Shown here: piece after piece, positions 1 to 13,450 of the stretch
Layout: every line of letters begins with the position of its first letter
Position numbering within the stretch: position 1 is the stretch's first letter
Assembly: GCF_006345805.1 (NCBI RefSeq)
Contig: NC_043009.1
Span: 7,378,001 to 7,442,000 of the forward strand
Direction: 5' to 3'
Length of the DNA stretch: 64,000 nucleotides
Source of the DNA: Octopus sinensis
Taxonomy: Eukaryota
Notes under the pieces: model-generated
Database searches by the model: none
Told to the model about the DNA's origin: nothing
Seen by the model: only the letters and a program-made list of their open reading frames with translations
Program-made: the position numbers and the translations under genes

Positions 1-99
1 TATTTGTATAGCTTATAAATAGCTACCATATATATATATATATATACATATATGTATGTATGTATATATACATATATATGTATGTATGTATAAATATAC

Positions 100-182
<83 letters not shown>

Positions 183-458
183 CATACACATAAATAAATA
201 CATACATACATACATATAAATAAATGATAAATAGCAGGAAATACCACTAAATTGACACGACAAAACTATAGAAAGAAAAAGGAGAATATGCACCTGCATT
301 TTCATAAACATACGTGTGTATGTATGAATATATATACAGAAATCTATATATATCAATGCGGTTGGAGTCTTATTGGTTATATACACTTGGATATGATTGA
401 GTTTCTATGTGACCGTGTATGTGTGTGCTGTGGGGGGTGTACGAATACAAAAGCAATA

Positions 459-459
<1 letters not shown>

Positions 460-513
<54 letters not shown>

Positions 514-566
514 TAATAATAATAATAATGATAATAATAATGATAATAATGGTGACGGTGGTGATA

Positions 567-604
<38 letters not shown>

Positions 605-712
605 TATTATTATTATAATAATAATATAATAATAATATAATAATAATAATAATGATAATAATGGTGACGGTGGTGATAATAGTAATAATAATAATAATAT
701 AATAATAATATA

Positions 713-761
<49 letters not shown>

Positions 762-792
762 TAATGATGATAATAATGGTGACGGTGGTGAC

Positions 793-854
<62 letters not shown>

Positions 855-880
855 TAATAATAATAAAGGTGATGGTGATG
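460..880. repeat. (TAA)n array punctuated by a recurring GGTGACGGTGGTGAT motif
   Basis: TAA triplets, with GGTGACGGTGGTGA at about 551, 662 and 778 and a variant at about 868; the variant recurs at about 1713. Confidence 0.95.
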
Positions 881-1231
881 ATAATAGTAAAAATAATAAT
901 TCATCTGCACCCGTCTACATTATCGTTCAATAAACAAAAGACAGCTTTATTCGTATCTGTAACCAATATGGAGAATGATAATTTTTTTAATGAAACTTCA
1001 TAATAACGATGATAATTAGTATGAAAGAATAACAAGTAATAATAATTATGTTAACAGTAAAATAGGAAGAATAGATAAAATAATATTTTTTTTGTAATAA
1101 TAATGACTATAATGATCTGAAAGACAGAAAGAGTTCTGAAAAGAGGCAAGTTGTCCTGTGGTTGCATAGTGCCGGTTTTTGAATATTTTATGATAGATGC
1201 GGCTCGGAATTTAGTCCGGCATGAAATTTAG

Positions 1232-1317
1232 ATGAAGTGAAACCTTCTCAAGATGGTTTTGAAAGAACTGCAGAAGATGTGTACTGCTATGAAAATCAAG
1301 GAGAGAAGTACTTATTG
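1232..1317 (+). other. candidate orphan exon (DEVKPSQDGFERTAEDVYCYENQGEKYLL)
   Basis: Open non-repetitive frame ending in a consensus TTG|GTGAGT donor at 1318; the acceptor (AAATTTAG) is weak and no homology was recognised. Confidence 0.2.
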
Positions 1318-1625
1318 GTGAGTGAGATGATGGAACAGAATGTATATATAGAGATACATACATCATCCACACACACACACACACATACACGTACACACAC
1401 GCACACACACACACACATATAAGTGCATACACATATGCATATATACATAGATATATACATATATGTTTACATACACACACATATATATACATATATATAT
1501 ATACATATTATATGTATGTATAATAATAATAATAATAATGATAACAACAATAATAATAATAATAATAATAAGGATAATGATAATGATGATAATGATAATG
1601 ATAATAGTAATAATAATAATAATAA

Positions 1626-1712
<87 letters not shown>

Positions 1713-1740
1713 GGTGACGGTGATGATAATAGAAAATAAA

Positions 1741-2400
1741 CCTAGCCTGAATAGGAACTAGAATGGAACACTAGCACACACCAAAACATATGACGGTAGA
1801 GGATCCCAATAAACTGGTTACAATATAAACAAAACCGAAAAGATAATAAGTAAAATACACAGATAAATAAACAAATAGAAATAAATAACTATATAAGTTG
1901 TTTTTTTTCATTTAAAATATTTTTTTATTTGTTATTATTATTACTAGTATTGTTGTTATACATTCATACAACATACAAGCATATGTAATGATAATAATAA
2001 GTGGATGTAAACACATGAACAAAATAAAAATAAACAAAAACAACAACAACAAAAACAAATTACATGAACGTATATAAACAGAAGATACAGATATTACAGG
2101 CATCCCCCCACACACACACTAACTAAACATAGACGCATATAGAGATATAAGCATGCGCAAATGAAGACATACAATAGAAATACAAAATGGCTGACGGTTA
2201 GTAAGGAGAGACACAAATAAGAAAGAAGAAAACAAAGGACCACTGATGCGCTCACAGGAGTGTGACGAAAGAACTCTGGGCGAAATAAGATTAAGATTAA
2301 TGTAAAAAATAAATAACACTGAAGCAAAATAACATCAAATATATAGTGCGTGTGTTTTTATTGGCTAAACTGGCAATATGACCATTCCGAAATATAACAA
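1741..2400 (+). mobile_element. PLE-terminal-repeat-like interspersed repeat (copy 1) with HHR-like motif
   Basis: Near-identical to 34030-34890; contains CCA-CTGATGC-...TCAC/GTGA-C-GAAA-GAACTC-TGG at 2240-2279; ends against a (TA)n tract. Confidence 0.7.
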
Positions 2401-2419
2401 TATATATATATATAATATA

Positions 2420-2451
<32 letters not shown>

Positions 2452-2452
2452 G

Positions 2453-2870
2453 CGAGTGTGGGTCAGAAACTAATGCCACTTTGTTTAGGACAGGTATAAT
2501 TACCAACACAGGAACATGTATCATACATCAAAATGAGACTGGTCCTTTATGGAACACATCCTTACTTCTCAATAGAGTCACCCTTTCTCTCAATAGCGGT
2601 GTTCCATCTTCGAATGAGAGCATGTATCCCCTCCCCGTAAAATTATGTTGACTGTTCTTTCTAACACTTCCTGGTCACTGGAATAATGTTTGTCTCTCAA
2701 ACCCTCTTTCGTAGCGCCGAAGAGATGATAGTCTGAAGGTGCTAAATCTGGTGAGTGTGGGGTTAGTGAAGAAATGGCTCAAAGAATAATCAGTATTTTA
2801 CAGTATTTCACGGGGCAGGGATACATGCTCTCATTTTAAGATAGAACATTGCTATTCAGAGACTGGCATA
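2453..2870 (-). mobile_element. mariner transposase C-terminal remnant with inverted partial duplication
   Basis: Minus strand reads PHSPDLAPSDYHLFGATKEGLRDKHYSSDQEV...GIHALIRRWNTAIERKGDSIEK*; plus strand 2766-2870 reads VKKWLKE...AGIHALI; TIR-like end CGAGTGTGGGTCAGAAACTAATGCC at 2453. Confidence 0.85.
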
Positions 2871-2889
2871 TATAATATACACCCAAACC

Positions 2890-2961
2890 CTACTATAGAC
2901 TCGGGCTGACCAAAGCCTTTTGAATGGATTTGGTTGGCGGAAATTGAGAGAAATTTGTCGC

Positions 2962-2993
<32 letters not shown>

Positions 2994-3185
2994 TTATTTA
3001 TAAATGTGTATATGTGTGTGTCTGTGTGTGCCACTGTATGTTTGTCCCCTAATACTGAGTGACAACCGGTGTTGGTGAGTTTACGTCCGCTTAACTTAGT
3101 AGTTCGGCAAAAGGGGGCTCATAGCATAAGAACCAGGCTGCACAAAATATCATAGGCACTGGAGCTGATTTCCTCGAATAAAAAC
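2890..3185 (+). mobile_element. SINE family A (tRNA/CORE-like head, central microsatellite), 5'-truncated
   Basis: Matches the other family A copies (ACTATAGCCTCGGGCCGACCAAAGCC...GGTTCGGCAAAA). Confidence 0.8.
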
Positions 3186-3714
3186 TCTTCAAAAATTTTG
3201 TCAAAGTCCTTTCATCGCCATTCATTTCTTCGTCAATGATATGTACCAGCTGCTTCAGGGTTCAAGGCTGCTTCAGCTCTGTCGGGGGTAGAGAAACCTT
3301 TATACTGCATGTTTGAGCGTTGCAGCAGGGTTTTCGTAGTGACATTAGCGTGGTGTATTAGGAGCATTAGATACGTAAGAAGCTCTTAATATTTCGGTAA
3401 GTTATCTACGCGTAGATCTGCTCAATTAGTCTTGCAAAGAAACTGAGAAATGTCTATGGGATTCAGTGTAAAATTTTGCTAAGTTACACATCCCGCCTAA
3501 TATTATGAAGAAATGATTACCTCCCTTGTACTGACTGGGTACCATTACTGAAATACATTTTATAAGAATAACGTGTCAAAAACAATAAATAGTGGCTCAA
3601 AATATTATTATGCATGCACAAAATTCAGTAAATGGAAATGTTAATTAAAGACAAGGAATTTATTTTACTTACAAAATGATATATATTCTAAAGATATAAA
3701 GGAAGACACGTGTA

Positions 3715-3812
<98 letters not shown>

Positions 3813-4028
3813 CACATATACATATACACACGCATATATATAGTTATATATGTCATATATCAAAATCTAAATTTGATCAATAGCATAGGGAATCGATCGA
3901 ATTGAAGATAAATTGTATACATTTTGAAACATGAATATAAAATTTTTTCGAAGTTTTCCCTTACAATATGAGCTTAAATAAATGCAGTTACCTATATGCA
4001 TATTTACATGTGTGTGTGTGTGTGTGTT

Positions 4029-4059
<31 letters not shown>

Positions 4060-4264
4060 GTGTCTTTGAACATATGCGTATAAGAAGAGAGAGAAGTGTG
4101 CTAACCTTATCTTAGCTGTCTTTCACATGAACCTCAGACTAATATGTAAATACAGGCATATGAGAGCCTGTGTTTGTGTATCTATGTGTGTATGTTTTGG
4201 ATATATATCAGGATGTTTGTGTTTGTATATAATCAGCATGATAGTCAGAAACAGAGATACACAG

Positions 4265-4287
4265 GTGAGATAGATAGATAGATAGAT

Positions 4288-4325
<38 letters not shown>

Positions 4326-4411
4326 GAGAGGGAGAGAGAGAGAGAGACAGACAGGAACATAGAGAGACAGAGATAGATAGATAGATAAATATAGATAGAT
4401 AGATAGATAGA

Positions 4412-4455
<44 letters not shown>

Positions 4456-4489
4456 GCAGGCAGGCAGGCAGACAGACAGACAGACAGGC

Positions 4490-4584
<95 letters not shown>

Positions 4585-4641
4585 AAGACAGGCAGGCAGG
4601 CAGGCAGACAGGCAGGCAGGCAGACAGACAGACAGACAGAC

Positions 4642-4700
<59 letters not shown>

Positions 4701-4712
4701 CAGGTAGATAGA
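4265..4712. repeat. (GATA)n/(GACA)n/(GGCA)n compound microsatellite
   Basis: Direct reading. Confidence 0.95.
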
Positions 4713-5269
4713 TAGCTCACGAGACAGAGAAACAGATAGATAGGTGAGTAATTTTCTAAAAATTTGTTTCCTTCAAAATTTGCTTTTCTCTCCCTTCATG
4801 GCACTTTAAAGTCTCATTCAGGAGAATATTATTCAACTTAATCTGTTTCTTACGATAGTTCTTGACGTTTATGACAGCATTCTATATACCTAGTTTGGAC
4901 GTTCAAGAGCCTTTTATAATCAATTTATTATTTGTCGTTAATGTTTGCAATATATTTTATAACCAGCGATATTTAAAGCTGGTTTTTTATCGGGTCTTTA
5001 TACGGTTTCATCTGTTTTCAATTTTATTTTGAAAAACAGTCGTAGCTTTTGTTGTTTTTGGTGATGTTGAAAATATCACTGTTTCGGAAACGATTTTGCT
5101 CACATGTAGATACTCATGCACCACCCTTTCATGTGTAGGTGTGTGCAGGTGTGTGTGTGTGAGAGAGAGAGAGAGAATCTGTAAGTTTGTAGGTAAGTGT
5201 ATGAGGGTATCTGATTCGTAAGTACCTCCAAATTCGAAGACAAAGAACAACACACACACAGACGTATGC

Positions 5270-5346
<77 letters not shown>

Positions 5347-5413
5347 CATACATTATATATATATACATACATATATATATATACATACATATATATATAT
5401 ATATACATACATC

Positions 5414-5468
<55 letters not shown>

Positions 5469-5590
5469 TGTATGTTTAAACATGTAAGTATATATGTATC
5501 TATATATGTATATGTGTGTGTATATATATATATATATGTGTGTGTGTATAAACATATATATATTTATTATGTGTATATACGCATATATAT

Positions 5591-5631
<41 letters not shown>

Positions 5632-5671
5632 TGTGTGTGTGTGAATATGTACATGTGAATGTGTTTGTGCG

Positions 5672-5744
<73 letters not shown>

Positions 5745-6286
5745 GCATGTGTATATTTGTATGGGTGATGAGGATATCATTTGTCAGAAAAGTACTACAG
5801 ATTTCTTTTAACGTACTTATTATGTAAGCCATGAGCCAAGTGATTATTTTTTATTGATTATATGTTTACTCGATACCTTCAGACTTGTCTTCTTCACGGT
5901 GAGCAAAATTCACGTCTTAAACACATTAACAGCATGATCTGTAATTATTAACTGAATTTCCCTCCATTGACGCAAATTTCTTTCCTCGTGTTGTTCTCGT
6001 GTATATTTTAAAGAAATTAATCTAAAGACATCATTAGAAAATCATAAACGAGCAGGAAAATAACGTATTTGTAAGTCAAACCTGCCCACGCTTCATATTT
6101 TTACATAGATCATAATACTTTTGGTAACAGCAGGTGCTACGTAAGAAAGAAAATATATTACTTGAGCAACTAAGATTCAATTAGTTATTTATCAAACAAA
6201 ACACATACACTGCTATTTTTTCTTAAGCATATAAATGCCAAAAATAATGTTCATTATATATTCTTTTAATCTTGAATTTTTTCTGT

Positions 6287-6483
6287 TTTTACTTGATTCA
6301 GTCATTTGCAGATGCACCGCTTTGAAGAGTATAAGTTCAAGAAATCGACCCCAAGACATACTTTCAAGCCTAGGAATTATTCTATTAGTCATTTTTGCCG
6401 AACTGCTAGAATACGGGGATGTAAATACACCTACACCAGTAGTCAAACAGTGATAGAAGGACAAATACGGACGCAAAGACACA

Positions 6484-6485
<2 letters not shown>
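6287..6485 (-). mobile_element. SINE family A 3' half, diverged
   Basis: TTACTTGATTCAGTCATTTG...GAACTGCTAGAATACGGGGATGTAAATACACC aligns to the 38779 copy. Confidence 0.7.
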
Positions 6486-6531
<46 letters not shown>

Positions 6532-6533
6532 TA

Positions 6534-6598
<65 letters not shown>

Positions 6599-6639
6599 TA
6601 ATAATAATAATAAAAATAATGAAGATGATAATAATAATA

Positions 6640-6910
6640 TTAGGAAATATGATTCCAAACTTCCAGGGAAAAATTCAATTTTGTAATACTAAATCAAATT
6701 TCACAATATATAATAAATGTATATAAATTAGAGAAGTATATAATTAGGATACTAATTATATACTATTTCTTTATTATTTCCTACTTTATTCAGTTCTAGG
6801 TAAATGTTTTATAGTATCTTTAATTTTTTCTATATGGTATGATTTAAGTATATCATTGTTGAATTGCTGTATGGCGGTTCTTCTCTAATTTATATACACG
6901 TATTATATAT
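6640..6910 (+). repeat. partial copy of the 38367-38685 palindromic element (left arm mostly deleted)
   Basis: Shares the flank GGAAATATGATTCCAAACTT..., the loop TTATTATTTC.TACTTTATT and the arm TTCTAGGTAAATG...TTCTCTAATTTATATAC. Confidence 0.85.
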
Positions 6911-7807
6911 ATGCATACATACATACCTATATATATATTGGGGTCGATGTAATCGACTAGCCCTCCATCTTCCAAAATTTCAGGTCTTATTGCTATAGAA
7001 CAAAGGATTATTAAGATTACGAATGCAGCCAGCTAGCAGAATCTTTGGTGCGCCGGCAAAATAATTCGCAGCATTTCTCTTGGCTTTACAGTCTGACTTC
7101 AAATGCCCCCTAATCTATTTTGATTTTCATTCCTTCTGTAGTTCGACAGAATCAGTCCCGATCAAGCACTGGAATCGATGTATCGATTAAACCGCTCCCC
7201 ACAAAAATGTCAACCCTTATGCCCATAGAAAAAAAAGTAGAATGATCGGAAACGTTAGCGTCGAGCAAAATGTCACCGATTACATTACGAGTTCAAATCA
7301 CGACGAGTTCAACATTATTTTTCATTCTTCCGAAGTTAACGAGATAAATAGTTGTCGAAATGATTAACAATACCCTCACTAATATTTCAAGTGTGCTTTC
7401 AATGAACAAACAGTTATTATTATTGTTGGGCTGCAGGTGAAGTTAGCAACATGGTAGAACTATGAAATCGTGTGCAGAAATGATTTGCAGTATTTTTTCT
7501 GGTTATTTTTACGTTTCAAGTTCAAATCCTGCCGATGTTCAGTTATCTGATATCCTCACATGTTCAATAAAATATAATATCAGACAAGCACTGGTGTCTA
7601 TGTAATCATTTCACCTCCTCTCTTCAAAGTTGCTGGCATTGTGCCTAAATCGGGAACATCTGTTGTTTCACTTTAATATTGTGTGCATTGCGTTATGGAG
7701 GAAAGAATTCCTTTTGGAAGCCTCTTGGTTTCTCAATTGTATATATTCCATTATTTCTTTAATTGCTGCACCTCTCAATAACATAAAATTCATTCAGTCA
7801 CATTTTA

Positions 7808-8030
7808 AAGGCGGCGAGCTGGCAGAAACGTTAGCACGCCGGGCGAAATGCGTAGCCGTATTTCGTCTGGCGTTACGTTCCGAGTTCAAATTCCGCCGAG
7901 GTCGACTTTGCCTTTCATCCTTTCGGGGTCGATAAATTAAGTACCAGTTACGCACTGGGGTCGATATAATCGACTTAATCCGTTGTCCCCACTATGTTTA
8001 GCCTCTTCTGGTCAGTAAAGAAATAAGAAA
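7808..8030 (+). mobile_element. SINE family C (tRNA-derived head GGCGGCGAGCTGGCAGAA)
   Basis: A-box-like TGGCAGAAACGTTAG and B-box-like GAGTTCAAATTCC; multiple copies in the window; degenerate copies also at about 6940-7630. Confidence 0.9.
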
Positions 8031-8073
8031 TAAAATTCATTCGGTCACATTTGATTTTTACACTAAAAGAAAG

Positions 8074-8390
8074 AGCGTGTCTAAGTGGTTAGGGTGTTCG
8101 ACTCATGATCGTAAGTTTGTGAGTTCAGTTCCCGGCGCCGCTTGAGTACTTGAGGAAAACACTTTATTTCACGTTGCTCCAGTCCACTCAGCTGGCAACA
8201 GTGAGTAGTACTTGTAATTCCAAGGGCCAGCCTTGTCACATTCTGTGTGACATTGAATTTCCCTGAAAACTACATTAAGTTTACGCGTGTTTGTAGAGTG
8301 CTCAACCACTTGCACGTTCATTTCAACAGCAGGCTGTTCCGTTGATCGGATCAACTGGAGAACTCGTCAGCGAAAACCAACGACTTACCA
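8074..8390 (+). mobile_element. SINE family D (tRNA head plus TTGCTCCAGTCCACTCAGCTG central domain)
   Basis: Head CTAAGTGGTTAGGGTGTTCGACTCATGATCG...GAGTTCAGTTCCC; body shared with 9540-9745 and 32820-33185. Confidence 0.85.
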
Positions 8391-9539
8391 GTTTCTTTTT
8401 TGTTTTATTTCTATTTTCACACAAAATTCAGTGTCTGCTTCCTACACAACAAAATCGATAACTATTTCGATTAGATTATGTTTCTTGCTAACATGAAAGC
8501 AAATATCCTCTTTTAAAAAAAAAGCCAAAAAAAATAAATAGGTGTAACTTTGTCCTGTAAAATAGAAACCCCCTAATCTTCGGACATTCTCCATATTTAG
8601 GATTTAAGTATTTTCATAGTTACTAGCTTTGTAACTGATATGATAGGACGAATCTGCAAACGGTGGTGGGATTTATAACTGATGGAATCTATCTAAATTT
8701 CGAATCCCAAAGCATCAGCCTCATAAATCTAGTAAACTAATACGTAATGTACAAATCTAAATCTGCGCCCTTCTGATTTAGAATAATACTCCTCAAACCC
8801 AGATAGAAGTCACTGTATAGCAGGTGGACATGAAGAAAATAGCAGCCAAATCTCAATCAAATCACAGCGTTAATTTCTTTTAAAGAGAGACAATCGATAA
8901 TATGTACCTGGCAAGTTACGCTTCAATCGAAGGTGAGACAGTCACGGCTGGAACGCTTTTAATTGCATTTATAGTCAATCTGGGCTGGGCTGGATTGGTG
9001 CTTACACAACAACATCAACGACAACAGCAACAATAACAACATGAATAATAGTAATGCGGTTTTATAACACCTAATTCCTGCCATTTGTAACTAAGGCTAA
9101 AGGTGTTAAAATTCGGGAATATTACGAAGTTTCCAAAGAATTTTTTTTTTCGCCACTTTTTAAGAATATGCTGAGTAGCTTAAATAATAGATATTCTTGT
9201 AGGAATAAAACTTTTAGAATTTTACTCCAAAGACTATACTTCTATTAGCGTTTAAACTGACACGTTAGAGTCTCACAAGAATGTAGGGGAAAGTACCAAG
9301 GGACTTCAAGAACAGTACGTTCAATTAAAACTTTAAATTTTGTAAATCAGATGATACTCTGTTTGGCATAAAATGTACAAGGACTAATAAATATTTTGTA
9401 TCCTTTAAAATAGCATTAATTTGAAGTGAAATATTTACTTGAATAGTAGGTTGGCTATAAGTCATGAATCAACTGTTTACACACACACACACATAGACAC
9501 ATGCACACTCAGAGATAGATATACAGAGAGAGATAGAGA

Positions 9540-9745
9540 TTGACTGGCACTCGGTCAATCACAACAAAGATTGTTCTTTTTGATTCGATCACCTGTACAG
9601 CCTGCTCGTGAAATTAACGTGCAAGTGGCTGAGCACCCGATAGACACTCGTCCCCGTTACCTATTTCTCATGGAGATTTAGCGTGACACAGAATGTACCA
9701 AGGTTGTTCCTTTGAATTAAAGGTACAACATTTTGCCAGCTTCAT
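9540..9745 (-). mobile_element. SINE family D 3' part
   Basis: Reverse complement of the body at 8220-8390. Confidence 0.8.
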
Positions 9746-9917
9746 CTTGAGAGCTTCTAATAGATGTCTTACATGTTTCTCCTACATGTACACTTTTGCA
9801 GCGCCTGTTAACAAATGAAACATGTGTAATGATTTCTAATCTCTTTTACTCCCTTCCTCTATATCGTCATCTCATAAATATATACCAGTCTCATTTTCCC
9901 TATTTTTTCCCCTATTT

Positions 9918-9973
9918 GTCTCTGATGACGGAATATCCCATACTCGGGGATATCCCAGAAACAGCTGTAAGAT
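9918..9973 (+). ncRNA. type-I hammerhead ribozyme-like motif
   Basis: GTCT-CTGATGA-C-GGAATATCCC(loop)GGGATATCCC-A-GAAA-CAGCTG-TA|AGAT: canonical core, 9/10-bp stem II, palindromic stem III ACAGCTGT, GUA cleavage triplet. Confidence 0.75.
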
Positions 9974-10196
9974 TTTGAATCCTTTCCACTTACAATATTG
10001 TATACGACTTGAGATCTTTGCCTTGCTTTAATTTTTGTTGCCGTTTTTAACAATTATATATCCGTGGCATCGGAAATCTGCAATGGCTCTATAACTACCG
10101 TCTCACCTATAACCTTAGAGCCCTAGTAATCCGTTACAGCGATTATCTAGTGTACCTAATCGTTTCGACCACCTGTGAACTAAACTCCCATACTTT

Positions 10197-10610
10197 GGGG
10201 TGGCTGTGTCGTAAGTAGTTTGCTAGGCGTAGTTTGCTTACCAACCACATGGTTCCGGATTCAGTCCCACTGCGTGGCGATTTTGGCAAGTGTCTCTCAC
10301 TATAACCTCGAACCGACCAAAGCTTTGTAAGTGGATTTGGTAGACGGAAAGTGAAAGAAACCTGTCTTATATTTTTATATATATATGTGTGTGTATGTAT
10401 TTCTGTGTCTATGTTTGTCCCCCCTACCATCACTTAACAACCGATGCTGGTATGTTGACGTCCCCGTAACTTAGCGGTTCGGCAAAAGAGAATGATAGAA
10501 TAAGTACTAGGCTTACAAAAAATAAGTCCTAGGGTCGATTTTTTCGATTGAAGGTGGTACTCCAGCATGGCTGCAGTCAAATAGCTGAAACAAAAGATTA
10601 AAAGAAAAGA
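10197..10610 (+). mobile_element. SINE family A, near full length
   Basis: TGGCTGTGTCGTAAG head, GGTTCCGGATTCAGTCCC B-box region, TTGGCAAGTGTCT core, 3' CCAGCATGGCTGCAGTCAAAT. Confidence 0.9.
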
Positions 10611-10638
10611 ATATATATATATAAATATGTATATATAC

Positions 10639-10755
<117 letters not shown>

Positions 10756-10892
10756 AAATATGTATATATATATATATATATATGTAAATATGTATATATA
10801 TATATATATATGTAAATATGTATATATATATATGCAAATATATATATTATTTACATATATAATATTATATACATATATATTTACATAAATAG

Positions 10893-10976
<84 letters not shown>

Positions 10977-11680
10977 ACGCACTCGTCGGTTTCGACGTAT
11001 GAGTCTCCGACTATCAACAAATCCTATGTGCAGATTGTAAAGCAAGAAATTACAGAACGTCTTTCTCGTACATCGAGAGACTACCATCCACATCTTTACG
11101 CGTGTATTCCTGCACATTTGCGTTTCCTTTCTACTTATCTGCGTGTCTGTTTGTTCGTTTGCTGTGTATGTGAATATAACTTTATGCGTTTGATCTTCAT
11201 TTTTCTTGGTTTTTCTCTACTCCTTTCACAAAGTAAAATAATGAAATTAAAACTCTGTTGCCATTAACACACCGTAGAGATGAAATAAAATAATCCGGAT
11301 CATACTGAGGTATTAGTATTTTGTGGGAAGTAAAATAGTTTAACTCAATCGATATTAAAATAAATGTCTTCATAAATAGTAGTTACTTTGATTTAGCGTT
11401 TTTGTTTTTATTACATTTTCATCGAATAGATAGACAGAAATGAATCATTGTCCATGTTCTTTCTTTCTTTTTCTTTTCTGGTATAAATATTGGAATAAGA
11501 GCTCTCTCTTAGAAAATCTAATTTATTTACCGAGCCTCTCGTTGAATAAAAATAATAGTCAAACCCATGCTGTGCTAATGATATTGAATTATAGCCGGCC
11601 AATTTAATATGTTAGAAAGCAAGTCAAAGCGTTAACGAGTCTTATTCGCAGTCCTGGCTCCATAACCCCAAATCGTATTA

Positions 11681-11931
11681 TTGGATTGGTGCCTAATCAT
11701 TGCGGCTTTTTTTTCAACAAATTTTATCCGACAAAAACAATAACACTATTTAACAAAACATCAATAAATGACGGTCTGACCGTCTGCCAAGCAAATAGGA
11801 AGCAGTAATTGAAGTAGATGGTGAATATGCTCCGGAATAATCAGTTAAAGAGGTTTTTGTTACATATTGTTATTGTTTTTGCTGAATAAAATTTGTTGAA
11901 AACAAACCGCAATAATTATGCACCAACCCAA
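11681..11931 (+). mobile_element. mariner-derived MITE
   Basis: About 80-bp imperfect TIRs (TTGGATTGGTGCCTAATCATTGCGG / CCGCAATAATTATGCACCAACCCAA), TA on both sides, internal DRLPSK*EAVIEVDGEYAPE* transposase end. Confidence 0.9.
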
Positions 11932-12682
11932 TACGAATGTGTAAGTCGCAGTATCACGGTAAGTATAACAAAGTAATTTAATATCTCCAAACCTTAAATT
12001 TAGCATACTCAGACAGTCTTTAAGTATCGAACGTAAAATCAAGCGATTATGGTATTCCCTTACAGATTGTAATCCAACATTAAATTATTGGAGAATTTTC
12101 AATTTGTCTTGTGAAATTTCGGGACAAGAATGAGAAGTAATTAATATATAGAAAATATCCTTTAAAATTAAAAGTTTCCGAAATAAATTTGTTGTTATTG
12201 ATGTTTAATCTATATAGTAATTAAATAGGATGAAACAATTTTAATGGTGAACTGAAGGCCACCGTTGTGAGATGAACTAATTTCTCTCTATTTTGGTTTA
12301 CGCAATAATTGACTTTTCTACCTCTTGATTTATTTTTCTATGCTACGTTTGCCTGCAAGGTATTAATTATAAAACTGGACTTTTGAAGATAACCACCAAG
12401 TATTAATCTCCTTACATAACTGTTTTTCTTTAACAAGATTCGAACAAACATAATTAGGGCCCATGTTGCCGAGAGAAGCAAATACGATCATTATCATACA
12501 AGCAGGACAGTCGATCCTTTGTGTATTATGGTAGCCTTACCTAAATCCTAATATCCATACAAGAAACCACGGTAAGCAACGATCAACACAATACAAGCTA
12601 CAAGACTTACAATCTCTATTAAATATATACATTACAATCTCATATATAGCATACTGATATATCATACGTCATTCTGTCTCTA

Positions 12683-13092
12683 GGGCGGCGAGATGGCAGA
12701 AACGTTAGCGCGCCGGGCGAAATGCTTAGCAGTCCTTCGTCTGCCGCTACGTTCTGAGTTCAAATTCTCCCGAGGTCGACTTTGCCTTTCATCCTTTCGG
12801 GGTCGATTAAATAAGTACTGGTTACACTCTGGGGGTCGAGGTAATCGACTTAATCCATTTGTCTGTCCTTGTTTGTCCTCTCTGTGTGTAGGCCCTTGTG
12901 GGTAGTAAAGAAATAGGTATTTCGTCTGTCGTTACATTCTGAGTTCAAATTCCGCCGAGGTCGACTTTGCCTTTCATCCTTTCGGGGTCGAATAAATAAG
13001 TACCATTTACGTACTGAGGTCGATGTGATCGATTTAATGCCTTTGTCTGTCCTTGTCTGTCCTTGTTTGTCCCCTCTGTGAGGAGTAAATAA
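12683..13092 (+). mobile_element. SINE family C, internally duplicated (dimeric)
   Basis: The B-box/core unit GAGTTCAAATT...GGGGTCGA occurs twice (about 12757 and 12941); same architecture as 59768-60185. Confidence 0.9.
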
Positions 13093-13151
13093 AAAAAATA
13101 TTAACTGTCTGTTTTGCTCAATATGAGAGACATATACAAAGATATGAAAGC

Positions 13152-13450
13152 GCATGGCTCAGTGGTTAAAGCGTAGGACATGCGATCATAAAGTAGTGAA
13201 TTCGATTCTCGAACTGGATTGTTTATTGTGTTCTTGCGCAAGACACGTTATTTCTCGTTGCTCCAGGGCTGTACATATGCGGTACGACGTGACTCGTACC
13301 AAGCTGTATCGGCTTTTGTCTTTCCATTGGATAACATCTATGGCGGGGAGAGGTGAGGCTAGTAAGCATAGGCGACTGCTGGCCTTTCACAAACAACTTC
13401 TCCAGGGCTTGGCAACTTTCTAGGTACAATTCCATGGTTATTCATGATCC
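13152..13450 (+). mobile_element. tRNA-SINE related to family D head with a different 3' part
   Basis: TGGCTCAGTGGTTAAAGCG A-box, GAATTCGATTCTC B-box, GCAAGACACGTTATTTCTCGTTGCTCCAG core. Confidence 0.65.

Noticed and set aside
3190-3420. Possible transposase HTH fragment on the minus strand (LKQLVHIIDEEMNGDERTLTK)
   Set aside because: Short, with stops in all frames and no TIR
10975-11030. Possible minus-strand HHR (TTGATAG...GAAACCG)
   Set aside because: No NUH or stem I pairing; too degenerate
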